Part shown: piece after piece, positions 25,509-37,710 of the stretch | Numbering within the stretch: the first letter of the stretch is position 1 | Layout of the letters: each line of letters starts with the position of its first letter | Source: Marsupella aquatica | Taxonomy: Eukaryota; Plantae; Marchantiophyta | Reading direction: 5' to 3' | DNA: 64,000 nt | Assembly (NCBI GenBank): GCA_973895155.1 | Contig: OZ316891.1 | Span: 27,379,561-27,443,560, forward strand | The notes under the pieces: model-generated | The model's database searches: none | The model's input: the letters and a program-made list of their open reading frames with translations, nothing else | What the model was told of the DNA's origin: nothing | Translations under genes and position numbers: made by a program

Positions 25509-28259
25509 AGGCCATCACTCAATGGGTCCACAATGATTTCGTGATAAAATGTAATCTAAACAATGCAATCGACTGTAAAATCTATCCTACTTGTCCAATA
25601 CAACATGATTACCAGCTTCCTTTCCTACTCAGACTTCTCTCTTCGCAAAGCTTAAGCTCTGCCCTTCTCCATTTGGTGAATAGTTGTGTCAAGGTCATGA
25701 GGCTAGTTTCCAAAATGACCTAAGAGCTATAGAAGATTGCTTCTACACAATGACAGTGGTAGCATTCTGCTTTGTGGGTGTTGTATTGTTGCTTGCCTAC
25801 GTGCTTTTGTACTCTGAGCCCACATTGCTTCAGTGTTGTAAAGTTGTGCAAACTGACTGCAGATGTGGCAGTTGCATGAGGCAAGAGCACATGTAATGTG
25901 CAAGCTAATGCGCTACAGCTTGCATTGTAGTTTGCTGATTGGTTGTCCAAGCACAAAAGTCTTAGGATTTATCAATCAAACCTAACAAAAGCTAATCAAT
26001 TGTCAAATGTCAACCTCAATTATCATTGCTCTTCTTGAGCCTGGAGTTGGAGTGTTACTGAATAAATTCTTACTCCACCTCTTTTCGTCTTACTTTAGCC
26101 TTTTCATAATTCCTTTTCTATATCCTGTGAATATTTCAATACCTACATCTTCTGTATAGTGACACCGCCACCCACACTTCTCACGGGGACTCCATGATGC
26201 ACACTTTGGGAGGGTGATAATGCAATTTTGTTGTCTAATTTGTGTTAGGAATACCTATTAAGGAGCAAAAGCAACTTACACTCTGTAGGTTTGACGCACC
26301 CAGTTTTCTCTCCTTCACTAAACAGTCTATGAGTGAATCTTCCCTGTAGTAACTACTCCAGTCAATGCTAGAGTACTTCTTTTTACCTCCTGCCTACCTT
26401 ACTACATATATCACATGATTGCCAAACAACAAAAGTGCCAAATGGGGAGGGGACCAAAGACAAAGAGATCCAAGGGGGAAAAGAGAAATCACACTTCTTG
26501 GAATAAACCCAAGAAAGGAAGAAAAGTGAACCATGTTACTTGGATGACATATACCACAATTATATCTCTTTTTACATACATTACTGTTTTCTTTCCCAGG
26601 CACTTAGAAATAATTGAAGTAATTGAACAGGAAAATGATTATGACTAAGTTTCAAGAGCTAGAAATGAATTTCATTAATCTTGGAGATATAACTCTTTTG
26701 TGCCATAACTTGAGGACATAGGTGTAAATAATGAAATTACACAGACTACAAACACTGATATATCAATGCCCCTATCAATGTTAAGAAAGTTAAGAAATAT
26801 ACAAAGTTTATTTGTATCCAAATGCACTTGTGCAACATCCAACTTACACACAAGTAGTTGGCACAAACATTAGACCATTGTTCATTTCTTCAAAGATTAC
26901 ATCCACAGGAACACACAACAAAACTTCAGTTAGAGAGTACTGAACTTCAAATTTGTCAACCATACCGAGTCTCTATAGACTAAGTTTTCCCTATTTCTTA
27001 GATGACTATAACAATAAACCTAAGTTTCATTCACAAGCTAAGTATAGTTAGTGAGTATGTTATAGGATTGCAAAGGTTAGTACATGGACACAAGTCAGAG
27101 GTTCACCCTGTTTGAGCTAAGTCCACGGCTGCACCAAGAACTCAATCAATCATGAACACAATGTGTATTTCTCATCATAGTTCCATGGTCCAAGCTCTCT
27201 CTCCCACAAAGTTCACAAATACTAAGTGTGTTCTCTCCAAAGGGTACAAAGAGAGTTATCCCTTCATGAAGAGTCTACTCTAGTTAACTAATGTTAATTC
27301 CTATTAATTCACTCTAATTAACCGCCAAGGTTGAGTTTAAACCCTAGCATATATTAGTTGCCTATCTAACCTGAGTCAAATACCTGACTACAATTAGACT
27401 AATTGCAATTACATAATTACTCTGGACCCAAAAGTGAATGCAAAACCTTTTGTAGGGCTCTCAAATTTTGTCACTCCCATGAAATGTTTTAAGACTTAAT
27501 TAATATTATAGCAACCCCACGGTTGTGATTCACCTTGGTTGTTTGTTGGACATGGTGGATTTCATGTAATGGGAGAACTATGGCACGATCTCAGCTACTT
27601 CACCTTCCAGTAGTCAGAAGATACCTTCACTTAGAAGTACCCTGTTATAAGTTTTTGACATGTGCAATTCGTACGTCAATTCTACGAAGTCAACTCTAAC
27701 AAACAGCAGCCGCTTGACTTTCCCAAATGAAATTGAACAACAATCAGATCATCTTGTGATTCGAGCAGAGCACATCAAGTTACTGATTCAGTTGTCAAAC
27801 TACTTGCCAAAAGTTCACTGAAATGTCCTTCGTAACCACAGTACGTGTTTTTCCGATAAATAGATTTGCTGCACGGTTACTGTTGAACCCTTCGATCCAT
27901 AGTCTAGGAGTCAGTTCGCCCATACTCTGAGCTGACTGTGAAACCCTTAAATGGTAAGCGGCTGTCCCAAATTGAAGAAACATGCCACGAATTGAAATTA
28001 CTTTCAACCGACATCAAACTGCCCCTCTACAGTCTCATTTCCCCGCTCGACTCGAGGTTACTTAGTGTCAAGCCTCCACTGAATGACGCATCAGGGACCG
28101 ATACAATCATGGCATTTTCCGTTCCCAAGGTCTGTATTATAGTACTGGAAACATTGTCGAAGGGGCTGCTTCGTTACCTATGGCTGGGTCACAGAGTTCG
28201 CCGATGGTTTCAGCAAATGACGTCTCTGACAAAATAAACCCCGTGAAAGTTCATCCATT

Positions 28260-28532
28260 TAGTCGATCCTGTCAATGCTTTTTCTCTACGATTTCACTGT
28301 CTTCTACACTAAGCTTGAAATTGCCAAAGTCCATATCTGACAAAGACCCGTGAAAGTAATAGCTTAGTCCATCGTTGAACTCTGTTTCCCGAAGTTGTCA
28401 ATGTCTTCTACACTCAGCTTGAAATTCCCGAAGCCCGTATCTATCAAGTGAATCTTTCATTCTAGTCCATCTATCAATGCTGCTTCCCAAGTTTTCGCTG
28501 TCTTCTACACACAGCTTGAAATTCGCAAACTC
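28260..28532. repeat. Diverged tandem repeat, about 100-bp unit, 3 copies
   Basis: tagtc.atc...tgtcttctacac..agcttgaaatt motif at about 28260, 28365 and 28463. Confidence 0.85.
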
Positions 28533-30417
28533 GTCGTTAAGAAAGCTGTACATTTTGGCGACGAAAGGCATCTTGGTCGACGCAACGGCACTGCATGTCT
28601 CTCGTACGAGTGCATGAAAGATGGGTCTTGTGACATATGAAGTTATCTCCGTTCTACAAATATTACTGTACTAGTCGGTTCCCCAGCTTGGTCGCGTAGA
28701 GAATAAGTCAGGAACCTGAGCAAGTTGTGCTACACGGTGATTTTATTGCAGACAGAATCGAGGAGAGCAAAGAGTGAAGCACGACACCGAAATGGCGGTG
28801 TAACAGACAACTGTCGAGCAGCTCAGCTCAGTTCCGTCTCCAGACTCCAACCCTACCATAAGACCACCAATCGTGTTCTTCTTCTGTCACACCCACCCGA
28901 ACAGCGCTCCACAGACTGATGGTGGCTCCACCGTTTGGCTCTGCGTGCTCTCATTTCCACCCACTCTTCCTCCTCCTGCTCCTGCTCCTGTACAGTAGTT
29001 TCTCTCTTTTGAAACCCAATCCAGGAGGACAGAATTGTTTCTGGGGGACGCAAACTTGCATACCTCTGAGGATGGTCTCCCTAAATACTAGGAGATCTCA
29101 CAGAAATCTAGGCTACGAATAAGGAGGACATGCACGCAAGTGATCCAGCATAAGCCACACACAATTTTCAGGACCGTTCTGAGGAAGATCATCCTCACAG
29201 CCGAGTTGGGTCTAAATTCTCCTGGAACCACACATGAGGCGAATCGGAAACCAAGAAGAGGGAGGGGGCACCGTCTCCTCATACCTCTCACACGTCGTCA
29301 TACCCCAGCACGATTTCTCACTGTACCTTGGACGCCGGGTGTGCTCCCATCGACTGTTTCTAAAGGCAGCCAACTTTTGGGCAAACTCTACTGTACAATT
29401 TGAGAACTTGTTCACGTTCGTCATCATCAACAGCCTCCGCCCACGATTTCCACAAATTTCTACTCCTATGGCTCACTCGAGACCTTCTTCACCGCCTGAC
29501 CACAAACCCGAGCGACGTGAGAGAGCTACTTAGTTGACAAAACCATGACCGGGACTGCTCTTTCGTAGCCGCATTGAACTATATATTAAGACGAAAAACC
29601 GAAAGTCCAAGCACTCTCTGTGCGAAGCCGCAGCATAGACAGTGCACCTAATCGATAGCTGAGACGCTAGAGGAGAAGCTCTTCTACTCCCTGCCACCCG
29701 CCGAAGTTCTTTGTGGTAGCGATCCCTGCGGATGGACGGACGTACACCAATTTTGTTTGGACGAGCCCTCACGTTGCTCGAGAATATTTGCATCAATTTC
29801 GATTACTGAGCCCGTCCGTGCAATGCAGCAGCTTAATTAAGGTACGTGTAGCCCAGTAATTTATGGATGTTCCGTTTCTTGGGTGGAATTTTTGTATGCC
29901 TGTAACGATCTCAGATCTCTTTCGTTATATTGAAGTCCATGAGCGGACAATTGCCTATATTCTCTAATATTCCAGAACATGTTTGACAGTTCGTGCGTTT
30001 AGATTTCTTCCTACCTAGATTCTCAGAGGAGACCATGTTGTCATTTTCTGCATAATATATCGTTTGGCCGCGAAGTAATTCATTATCCGCGTGAGTAAGA
30101 GTAGTCTAATCTGGGCTCCTTGAAGAACTTTGAGATCTCACAGTCGTTCCAGCATAGATCCTTTTTTCTTTCGAAAGTGGCTTTATACAAAGAGAAAACA
30201 CCATTCCAGCACGGATCTTTGAGATCTCACAATCTTTGCAGCAAACCATGTCCAAGATCTTGGAAGATCTGCAAAGTTCAGTCTAGTGTGTCACTAAGCT
30301 AAAATCGATCTCTCTACAGGACACAGTACTGGCTTCCGCCTCGATCTGTTGAATTGGTCGAGTTCGCTTCAGTGAACACAACCAGATAGCTCGATGCACA
30401 CGTTAAGGATTGCGAAA

Positions 30418-32871
30418 ATGCGGGGACCATCAGCATCAGATTTAGTGGTTCTCCTTTTAGGCATTTCCTGTTTCATTTGTAGTGAAGCTGCTCGACCTGG
30501 ACCTGGAATTTTCACTGGGATCGGCGATGGCAGTGGCATATCAGAGATGATGATAGTCCATCCGAGCTTGTTTCTGCAGCGCAAGATCTTAGAAGAAGAT
30601 CAACCCGCAACTCCAAATTCGACAGAATCCAAGAAGGTTGAACAAGAGAACAAATCGGAGGCAAAGACTGAAGACAAGCCCAAGCAGGACGAGAAGAAAC
30701 AATGGGAGTCACAGCCAAAGGCGGAGGAGGACAAGAAAGAGTGGAAGCCCAAGGAGGAATGGGATTCAAAGCCGAAGACAGCAGAGGAGAAGAAAGAGTT
30801 GAAGCCCCAGGAGGAGGTCGAGAAAAAATCGAATTCACAGCCGAAGACAGAGGAGGCAAAGAAAGAGTGGAAACCCGAGGAGAACGTTGAGAAAAAATGG
30901 GATTCACAGCCGAAGACAGAAGAGGCGAAGAAAGAGTGGAAGCCCGAGGACAACGTTGAGACGAAATGGGACTCACAGTCAAAGACAGAGGACGCGAAGA
31001 AAGAGTGGAAGCCCCAGGAGAGCGTTGAGAAAAAGTGGGATTCACAGCCGAAGACAGAGGACGCGAAGAAAGAATGGAAGCCAGAGGACAACGTTGAGAA
31101 AAAATGGGATTCACAGTCAAAGACAGAGGACGCGAAGAAAGAGTGGAAGCCCCAGGAGAGCGCTGAGAAAAAGTGGGATTCACAGCCAAAGACAAAAGAG
31201 GAGAAGAAAGAGTGGAAGCCTCAAGAGAACGTTGAGAAAAAGTGGGAGTCACAGCCAAAGACAGAAGAGGAGAAGAAAGAGTGGAAGCCTCAGGAGAACG
31301 TCGAGAAAAAGTGGGAGTCACAGCCGAAGACAGAAGAGGAGAAGAAGGAGTGGAAGACTCAGGAGAACGTCGAGAAAAAGTGGGAGTCACAGCCGAAGGC
31401 AGAAGAGGAGAAGAAGGAGTGGAAGCCCAAGGAGGAATTCCAGAACAAATGGGATTCGCAGCCAAAGGCCGGAGAGGAGAAGAAACAGTGGGTTCAAGAG
31501 CAGCCCAAGAAGGACGAGGTGGCAGTGAATCCCCAGGAGTCAAAATCAGGTGACACGGAGCCGATCAAAGTTGGGGAGAAGAAGGAGGAGACATGGCAAA
31601 AACAAGAGCCTAAAAACTCAGAGAACGAGCAGCAGCAGATCAAGGTGGAGGAGAAGAAGCAGGATACATGGCAAAATCAGGAGCCAAACAAATCAGAGAG
31701 CGAGCAGAAGCAGATCAAAGTGGAGGAGAAGGAGGAGAAATGGACAAGTCAAGAGCCAAACAAAACAAAGAGCGAGCAGCAAACTAAGGTGGACCAGCAG
31801 CCATGGAAACCTGCAGAAGAGCGGAAGGCAGAGACTGAAGTGGCGGAACAGGTCGAGGAGCCAAAGGCAGCAGATGGGGGGAAGAGCGAAAATCAGTCGC
31901 AGAGTAACAACAGTTGGGTGGAGAAACCAAAGGAGGTGACCAAGGTTGAGGAAAAAAAAAAAGAACCTCCTAAGGTGGAAGATCGGAAGGAGGAGACGTT
32001 GACAAAGCCGAAGGTGGAAGACGAGAAAAAGGAGGAGCAGCAGCAAGCACAAAAGTCTGAGCAGCAGAAGGATGAAGACAGTGCAGCTGCAGTTGAGAAC
32101 GAATATCGCACAAATTCACATTCTAACATTGCGGAGGATTACCCAGACTTCCTGGACGAGCTGCGGAACTTTCCTGAGAGATTCCAGAAGACAGCAGAAA
32201 GTGTGAAGGATCACATTCGATACTCTGGTCTGGAAAAGTACTCAACACAATCGAAAGAATTGTTCAATCAAGCGAATCAGCAAATTCAAGAAAGTTTCAC
32301 GCCCTTGCTTGGAAAAGATTACGCTCCATTTCTAGCGTATCTGGTGTCCTATGGGCTTCTCTTACTTCCTTTGATCCTTGTGACTTACTTACTTGACAGA
32401 ATCCGTGCCAGATATTCTCTCCAGAAAATCCTTCTGTTCATGAGCATTTACTTGTCCGCTTACTTTGCTGCCCTTCTGACTGTGGCTCTCGTTCTAGACA
32501 CTGAGCCCATGAACTTTTTCATGAAGTACTCGACTTCAAGCTACATTTTCTTGCAGCTGCTGCAGGCCTTTGGGTACTTAATTTACCTTCTCCTCAACAC
32601 AGTTGATCTGATCAGCACATGCTCCAACGGAAGGCTTGCAGCCAAATTCTCATCAGTACTCCAGTTTGTGGTAGTGATTGCTGTAGCCTTCCACTACTAC
32701 GTGACTGTGTTCCATAGAGCGATGGCCAGAAAGGCACCACTCACGAGCTGGAAGATTTATGGATTCTACAGTCTCTCGTTCATCTTTTTGTGCCTTTTCG
32801 CCAGAATTGAGCGGGGCAAGAAAGAGTACACCCCAATAGAAGTAGATGACACAACAGACAAGAAAAACTGA
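30418..32871 (+). CDS. Intronless membrane protein: signal peptide, long Lys/Glu/Trp-rich repetitive ectodomain and C-terminal multi-pass TM domain (plant 'cell wall integrity/stress response component-like' family, as recalled)
   Basis: Single ORF with upstream in-frame ATG at 30394 and likely start MRGPSASDLVVLLLGISCFICSEA. The C-terminal region (ELRNFPERFQ, FTPLLGKDYAP, SLQKILLFMSIYLSAYF, EPMNFF, HYYVTVFHRAMARKAPLTSWKIYG, ERGKKEY...DKKN) has about 5-6 hydrophobic helices and matches my recollection of a conserved uncharacterised land-plant family. Confidence 0.85.
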   Translation: MRGPSASDLVVLLLGISCFICSEAARPGPGIFTGIGDGSGISEMMIVHPSLFLQRKILEEDQPATPNSTESKKVEQENKSEAKTEDKPKQDEKKQWESQPKAEEDKKEWKPKEEWDSKPKTAEEKKELKPQEEVEKKSNSQPKTEEAKKEWKPEENVEKKWDSQPKTEEAKKEWKPEDNVETKWDSQSKTEDAKKEWKPQESVEKKWDSQPKTEDAKKEWKPEDNVEKKWDSQSKTEDAKKEWKPQESAEKKWDSQPKTKEEKKEWKPQENVEKKWESQPKTEEEKKEWKPQENVEKKWESQPKTEEEKKEWKTQENVEKKWESQPKAEEEKKEWKPKEEFQNKWDSQPKAGEEKKQWVQEQPKKDEVAVNPQESKSGDTEPIKVGEKKEETWQKQEPKNSENEQQQIKVEEKKQDTWQNQEPNKSESEQKQIKVEEKEEKWTSQEPNKTKSEQQTKVDQQPWKPAEERKAETEVAEQVEEPKAADGGKSENQSQSNNSWVEKPKEVTKVEEKKKEPPKVEDRKEETLTKPKVEDEKKEEQQQAQKSEQQKDEDSAAAVENEYRTNSHSNIAEDYPDFLDELRNFPERFQKTAESVKDHIRYSGLEKYSTQSKELFNQANQQIQESFTPLLGKDYAPFLAYLVSYGLLLLPLILVTYLLDRIRARYSLQKILLFMSIYLSAYFAALLTVALVLDTEPMNFFMKYSTSSYIFLQLLQAFGYLIYLLLNTVDLISTCSNGRLAAKFSSVLQFVVVIAVAFHYYVTVFHRAMARKAPLTSWKIYGFYSLSFIFLCLFARIERGKKEYTPIEVDDTTDKKN
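30790..31482 (+). repeat. Coding tandem repeat, 69 bp / 23 aa, about 10 copies (KKEWKPxENVEKKWDSQPKTEEx)
   Basis: aagaaagagtggaa recurs at 69-bp spacing (e.g. 30859, 30928); visible in the translation. Confidence 0.95.
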
Positions 32872-34479
32872 TTCTGATTGTGCAGATAGATAGAATTGCT
32901 TAGAATGATAGATTTCCACTGACTCCAGTAGAGTATTCCAGGAAAGTGGTGGCCCTGTGGCCGTAGAGAGGTTCATCGACTGAACAAAGTCGTGAGATTG
33001 GTAGAAGTCAAGTGATGGGAGCTGAAAATCGCCAAGCCACATATGACGGTAGGGAAGCCGAGGTCGGTAACTGGGGAAGTATTGTAGAAAGATGATCCAG
33101 GGGGGAGGGAGTGTGGAGGTCTTCCTTCGGTTGTGATCAACCCCTTGGTAGGGACCTGGTTGCACTACTGCAGTGTAACTTACTGCTGCGATGTTGGGTC
33201 CCTCCTCGATTACAGCTGTCCTGCTGGATGTAATCGAGTCCCTCACAAGCATACCCAGGGGAGTAATGCTGCAGTCTGGGAGGACAGGGAAATATTGCAT
33301 TGACAGGTCGTGCTGTAGCCTTCTATTATGGTTTTTTTTTCACACTAGGCTACACTACAATAGACCATTGCTTTCAGTCCGTATATAGACTTTGATAGAG
33401 CTAGCCGGGCAACCCAATTGAGTATCACATTTTTTCTGTACAAAGGAAACAATAATTGTTATGGACACAAGTTTTACATGGAGTTATGTAGAGGCTTTGA
33501 TGGAAGGGAAGCATAATCTGGCTCCACTCGCCATGGGTATTTAATTTGTAGCGTTGTATGTGAACCCATGCATGATCATCCACGTCATTCCATGTTCTTG
33601 GTTAAAATGGCATGAGGATCTTAGCCCCTGATTTGTGTCTTGTTGGTCAACTCTTGACCTTTCTTTATCTTTTCATGTTTCCTTATAGTAGTAGTTATGG
33701 GCTGAACAGCCACCATGTGGGGGAGACTTAGATACTTCAAAACTTTTGGATCTATAAAGAAAATCCAGTTGCAACAGTGAGAGAAAGGTAGACAGTCATG
33801 AACAGGAATATATCATTCTGGTCTGTGAAAACCACTATTTGCGGTGGAAAGTGTAGAATTTTCACAGACCAGCAAAAAAGTGGCGAGGTACGTATTATGC
33901 CAAAAAAGTGTGACACCTAGTAAATCCCAGTACTTTTATATATATACCTGCATATTACATACTGTGCCATCTGGAAAATGATGCTCCCATGGACGTAGAC
34001 AGAAACCACACAATTGGGATGGAGTAATTGAGAATATTCCCTGTCACATTGTGAGTATCCCATGGGAGTATTTTGACAAACCTAGAGGTCTATCCGGGCT
34101 TCCTTTTCGTGCCATCTGACTTTGCATAAATAAAGAAATTCCCCCAAAAAACAAATCTGATATTAATATTCTTGGAGTGAGCCAAAGAGAGGAAAAAATA
34201 AGTTGACTGAGAGTGAAAGCAAGAAAGCATCACATTTTTTTGGTGAAAATTAGAAAAAAAAATTCCGCGTGGGGTGTGAACCAAGAAGGCCATCAATACC
34301 AAAAAAAGCCCAACAGGACCAACGAGCAAAGCACGTAATACATCAGGGGAACCAATCCAAGAGAGTCACCTGCACCGGTGAGGAAAGGCCAGGGAGACAC
34401 AACTAACCAAGTCCCCCCCACCACCCATCATTAACGCCCAACAGAGCCTGCTATCTCTCCCTCACTACTCAATCTGCTA

Positions 34480-34960
34480 CCAGGCCAGACTAATCCAGCA
34501 GTCCCTCACTACGCAGAAAGCCGGGTCCCCCTGTATGGAAGCCACTTGACGTACTCTAATTTCCTCCACAATCTCTCTAGCTTGAAGCAGCAGCATGTGC
34601 TTCCTACTAGGAAGCGTAGTCCTACCAGCAGCATGCAGCATATCAATCACCTCAGATAGAACTAAATTGAGATCAGAACATCATGTTTTCCTCCTATCAA
34701 ATGTCTGCTCGTTCCTAGCTAACCATATATTCCAGAGTACGTGGTACAATATACAAGCTTCACCATCTTTGTGCAGTCCCCTCCAACAGTAGAATCCAGC
34801 AAGGGGAGCATCTCCACACAGGGCCAAGTAAAACAGCCAGACATACAATCCTGTATCAGTCCCCAGCATCGCCTCGTATGCACACACTCAAAGAAAACAT
34901 GTGGAATCATTTCCCATGAGTTGTGATACAACAGGCATTTCCCCTCCTGCTTTACCAATC
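34480..34960 (-). mobile_element. Degenerate non-LTR retrotransposon (LINE) ORF2 C-terminal remnant
   Basis: Minus-strand frames give ...KCLLYHNSWEMIPHVFFECVHTRRCW (decayed CCHC zinc finger, HxFFxC...W) and, after a frameshift, ILYHVLWNIWLARNEQTFDRR (W.IW..RN...F), both typical of plant L1-type elements. Confidence 0.7.
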
Positions 34961-35270
34961 TTCAGTGCTTGCACTCCATAGAATAGTCCCTGAGCAGTAA
35001 TTTGCCATATAGCATACTCATCCTGGAACATGAAAAGTTTTTTTGTCCTCTAGCAAAAAATATAAGTTTTTTAGTGGAATACAGGTGATCTAATTTTTTG
35101 TGGCAAATATAAATAGAACATTGATTAGGAAGCGTGACATTGAAAAGTTGTGCACATAAGGTACAAGAGTAAAAGTACACATATAAAGAAAAGTAATAAT
35201 GGACAGGAAAAATTTAAGTCTATGGTATTGGGTTCTGCACATACTATACACCAGTAAAGATACTTATGTA

Positions 35271-35287
35271 TTTAGGGTTTAGGGTTT
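35271..35287. repeat. Short interstitial telomere-type motif (TTTAGGG)2TTT
   Basis: tttagggtttagggttt seen directly. Confidence 0.6.
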
Positions 35288-37710
35288 GACACTCAAATGA
35301 ATTAAAACCATAAATTTAGGACACAAAACCATGAGTAGAACTTAAAGACATGAGGAGTGCACTTTAATTAGATAATTTCTTCTTCACTCATCAGAATAAG
35401 GGCTACAACTTCGGTGAGCTTTGTTAAAGGGTGGATGATGAAAAGTATAGCAAAGATTGAAAAATTTAGAGGGGTGCCAGATTAAATTCAAAATCTAAAA
35501 TATACAAGGGATGCACCTTGGTAAGACACATTGAATTAAAATACACAAGAAAAGAAGTTTGAATAAGACAAAATACTGGAAGATGGATTCACCATATAGC
35601 AGTTTCATTCTATTGGGGTCTGAATTTGCCAAATGAAAGTCTTAGCCTTTGTTGACAGGTCCAGTGTCCACATGTTTAACCAGAGCTTGCTCCATTCTCT
35701 TTCAGATAGAGTTCCTCCCCAAATCCTGTTGAGTCTATTAAAATCCGACCCCTGCGGACGAAGCAAAATTTAGAATTAAAACAAGGCTTTCATGAAAGAG
35801 TGAATAGTTAAAAATGAAAGCGCAATGAGTGCAAACCTACATTACGTGACAAGAGAGAAAAGAATATTAAAGGACTTAGTTTAATTCTTAAGTTACACTC
35901 AATCAGCACATATGACAAAAGAGAAGATAACAACACTCCCTCCTAGAATCAAGTAAAAACAAAGATATATGCTTTTTGTGCAAAGATATAATTACCCTGC
36001 CCGATTTTGAATCCAGTACATAACCTCCTTAATTTTGATACTTATTTTGGAAACCAAGATGCACAAAAGACTCATCACATAAAGTTCAAGTGTATTGATA
36101 AGTTTATTGATAAGCCAACTTCCATGACATAATATGTTGGCCAGGGGCCTCCACTCTATATGTAAACTATTGGTCTTTGTCACATTTCACTCCACCTAAC
36201 ACAGCCCCTCATGACAGTATGTGTGAATTGTTGAAGTATGAGTTATTTTAGTGCTTCTCTCAAAACAATACTTGTGGCACAAAAATAATTTCATGATGAG
36301 TGAAGATTGGAAAACAAAAATACCCAAATACACAATGAGGCAACAGAAAAATTGTACCACTTTGTTAACTTGAAGTGCACATAGTCAAATGGAAGGAGGG
36401 TACTACAGCCTACACTCCGGCTCATGGTATCTAAAGCTCCCTGCCCGTCTATAGACCCGTCTTTGTCACTGCATTGAAGTCAACTAACAAATGAATGGCA
36501 AAAACGGCTTATTGGGTTGTGTTCGCTATTTGTTTTTTTCTTTTCTTTTCTTTTAGCCACAATTAGATAGGACTTTCTGTATTCCATTAGCCCGGGTCCC
36601 ACCTAGCCACAGATTCCATTTGGGAGAATCTGAAGGTCATCCTTAAATCTAGGGAGATCTCCTTAAATCCTGGGAGATCTAACGGTCAGAAGCTCAGAAG
36701 TATATTAGGAAAATTAGACAAGGAACTTTCCCACGCGGCAAAAACAGAGAAACCTACGCTGTTTGTGTTCCCTTCCAAAGCCATTGGAGAGAATTTGGCG
36801 GGATTCCTTTTATTGTAGATGTCCATGTAATGCACAACGTGTATTTATGGTCGACGGCTTCCTCTAGCGATGGATGACCCGCTCTTCGCTTCTGTTTAGG
36901 AATACTTTCCATGCCTCTAAATCAGCCGAAAGGTTTGCTCGAAGTCTGGATTTCGCGAACGCTATGGTTCAGATTTGATGATCGTCTTGCCGAGCTTCGT
37001 TCAGTTGTGCTGTTGTGTGCTTCATGGCCCGTACTCGATTCTCGAAGAAGACCTGCTTCGTTTCATCTTCGTGCAAGTCGTTGGAGCTTGTCAGGTGTCA
37101 GTGACTCGGATTCCTCCTAATTGGTTGAAATGGTGGATCACCGGTGTCAAGCGAAGCGATAAGGATTCATCGACGATGCCTCGCGGTCCCAAATTCTGGC
37201 TTTCTGTGTGCTGTCTATGCTGCTGCTTTATTTGCTGCCGTCCTCGGCGTCGACGCTCACGTCGGACATATTACTTGGACTGATGGTGTGAGGAGTTAAA
37301 TCTCAGAACAGGTTCGTTTCCCCTGTCCGCAAGATCTTGTCCTTCCTCTGTTCTTTTGTTGGATCCAATTTAATGTCACTTCAAGTTGTAAGTTCGTACA
37401 TAATTAACGTTGGATCCAATAATGTTGGGTCTCCGCCACTAATTTCTTCTGCGGCTTCCATTACTATACTGTTACTCCCTGCAATTCCAATCCACGCCGA
37501 TTATGTTAGTGCAGCTGTCTAATTCGTTACACCTACTTACGAACATTTATTAATTGTTTGGACAGAGGCTTTAGCATGGCGAAGGCAGGAGGAAGGATCC
37601 TAAGTTGCTTCGTGGACAGTGGGGGTTCTATGGAGAAGTGTCCCCACAGTTGAATGAGTTCCAGAATACTGAGCGAGACTGCAGCAGCCGCAGCATCCCC
37701 AAAGCATAAG

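Noticed and set aside
28260-28532. Repeat-spacer-like pattern that could suggest a CRISPR array
   Set aside because: Eukaryotic context, no cas genes, and the spacers are themselves homologous; it is an ordinary diverged tandem repeat.
30512-31543. 343-aa antisense ORF and other alternative-frame ORFs over the 69-bp repeat
   Set aside because: They are by-products of a stop-poor coding tandem repeat; the + frame has the signal peptide and the conserved TM domain.
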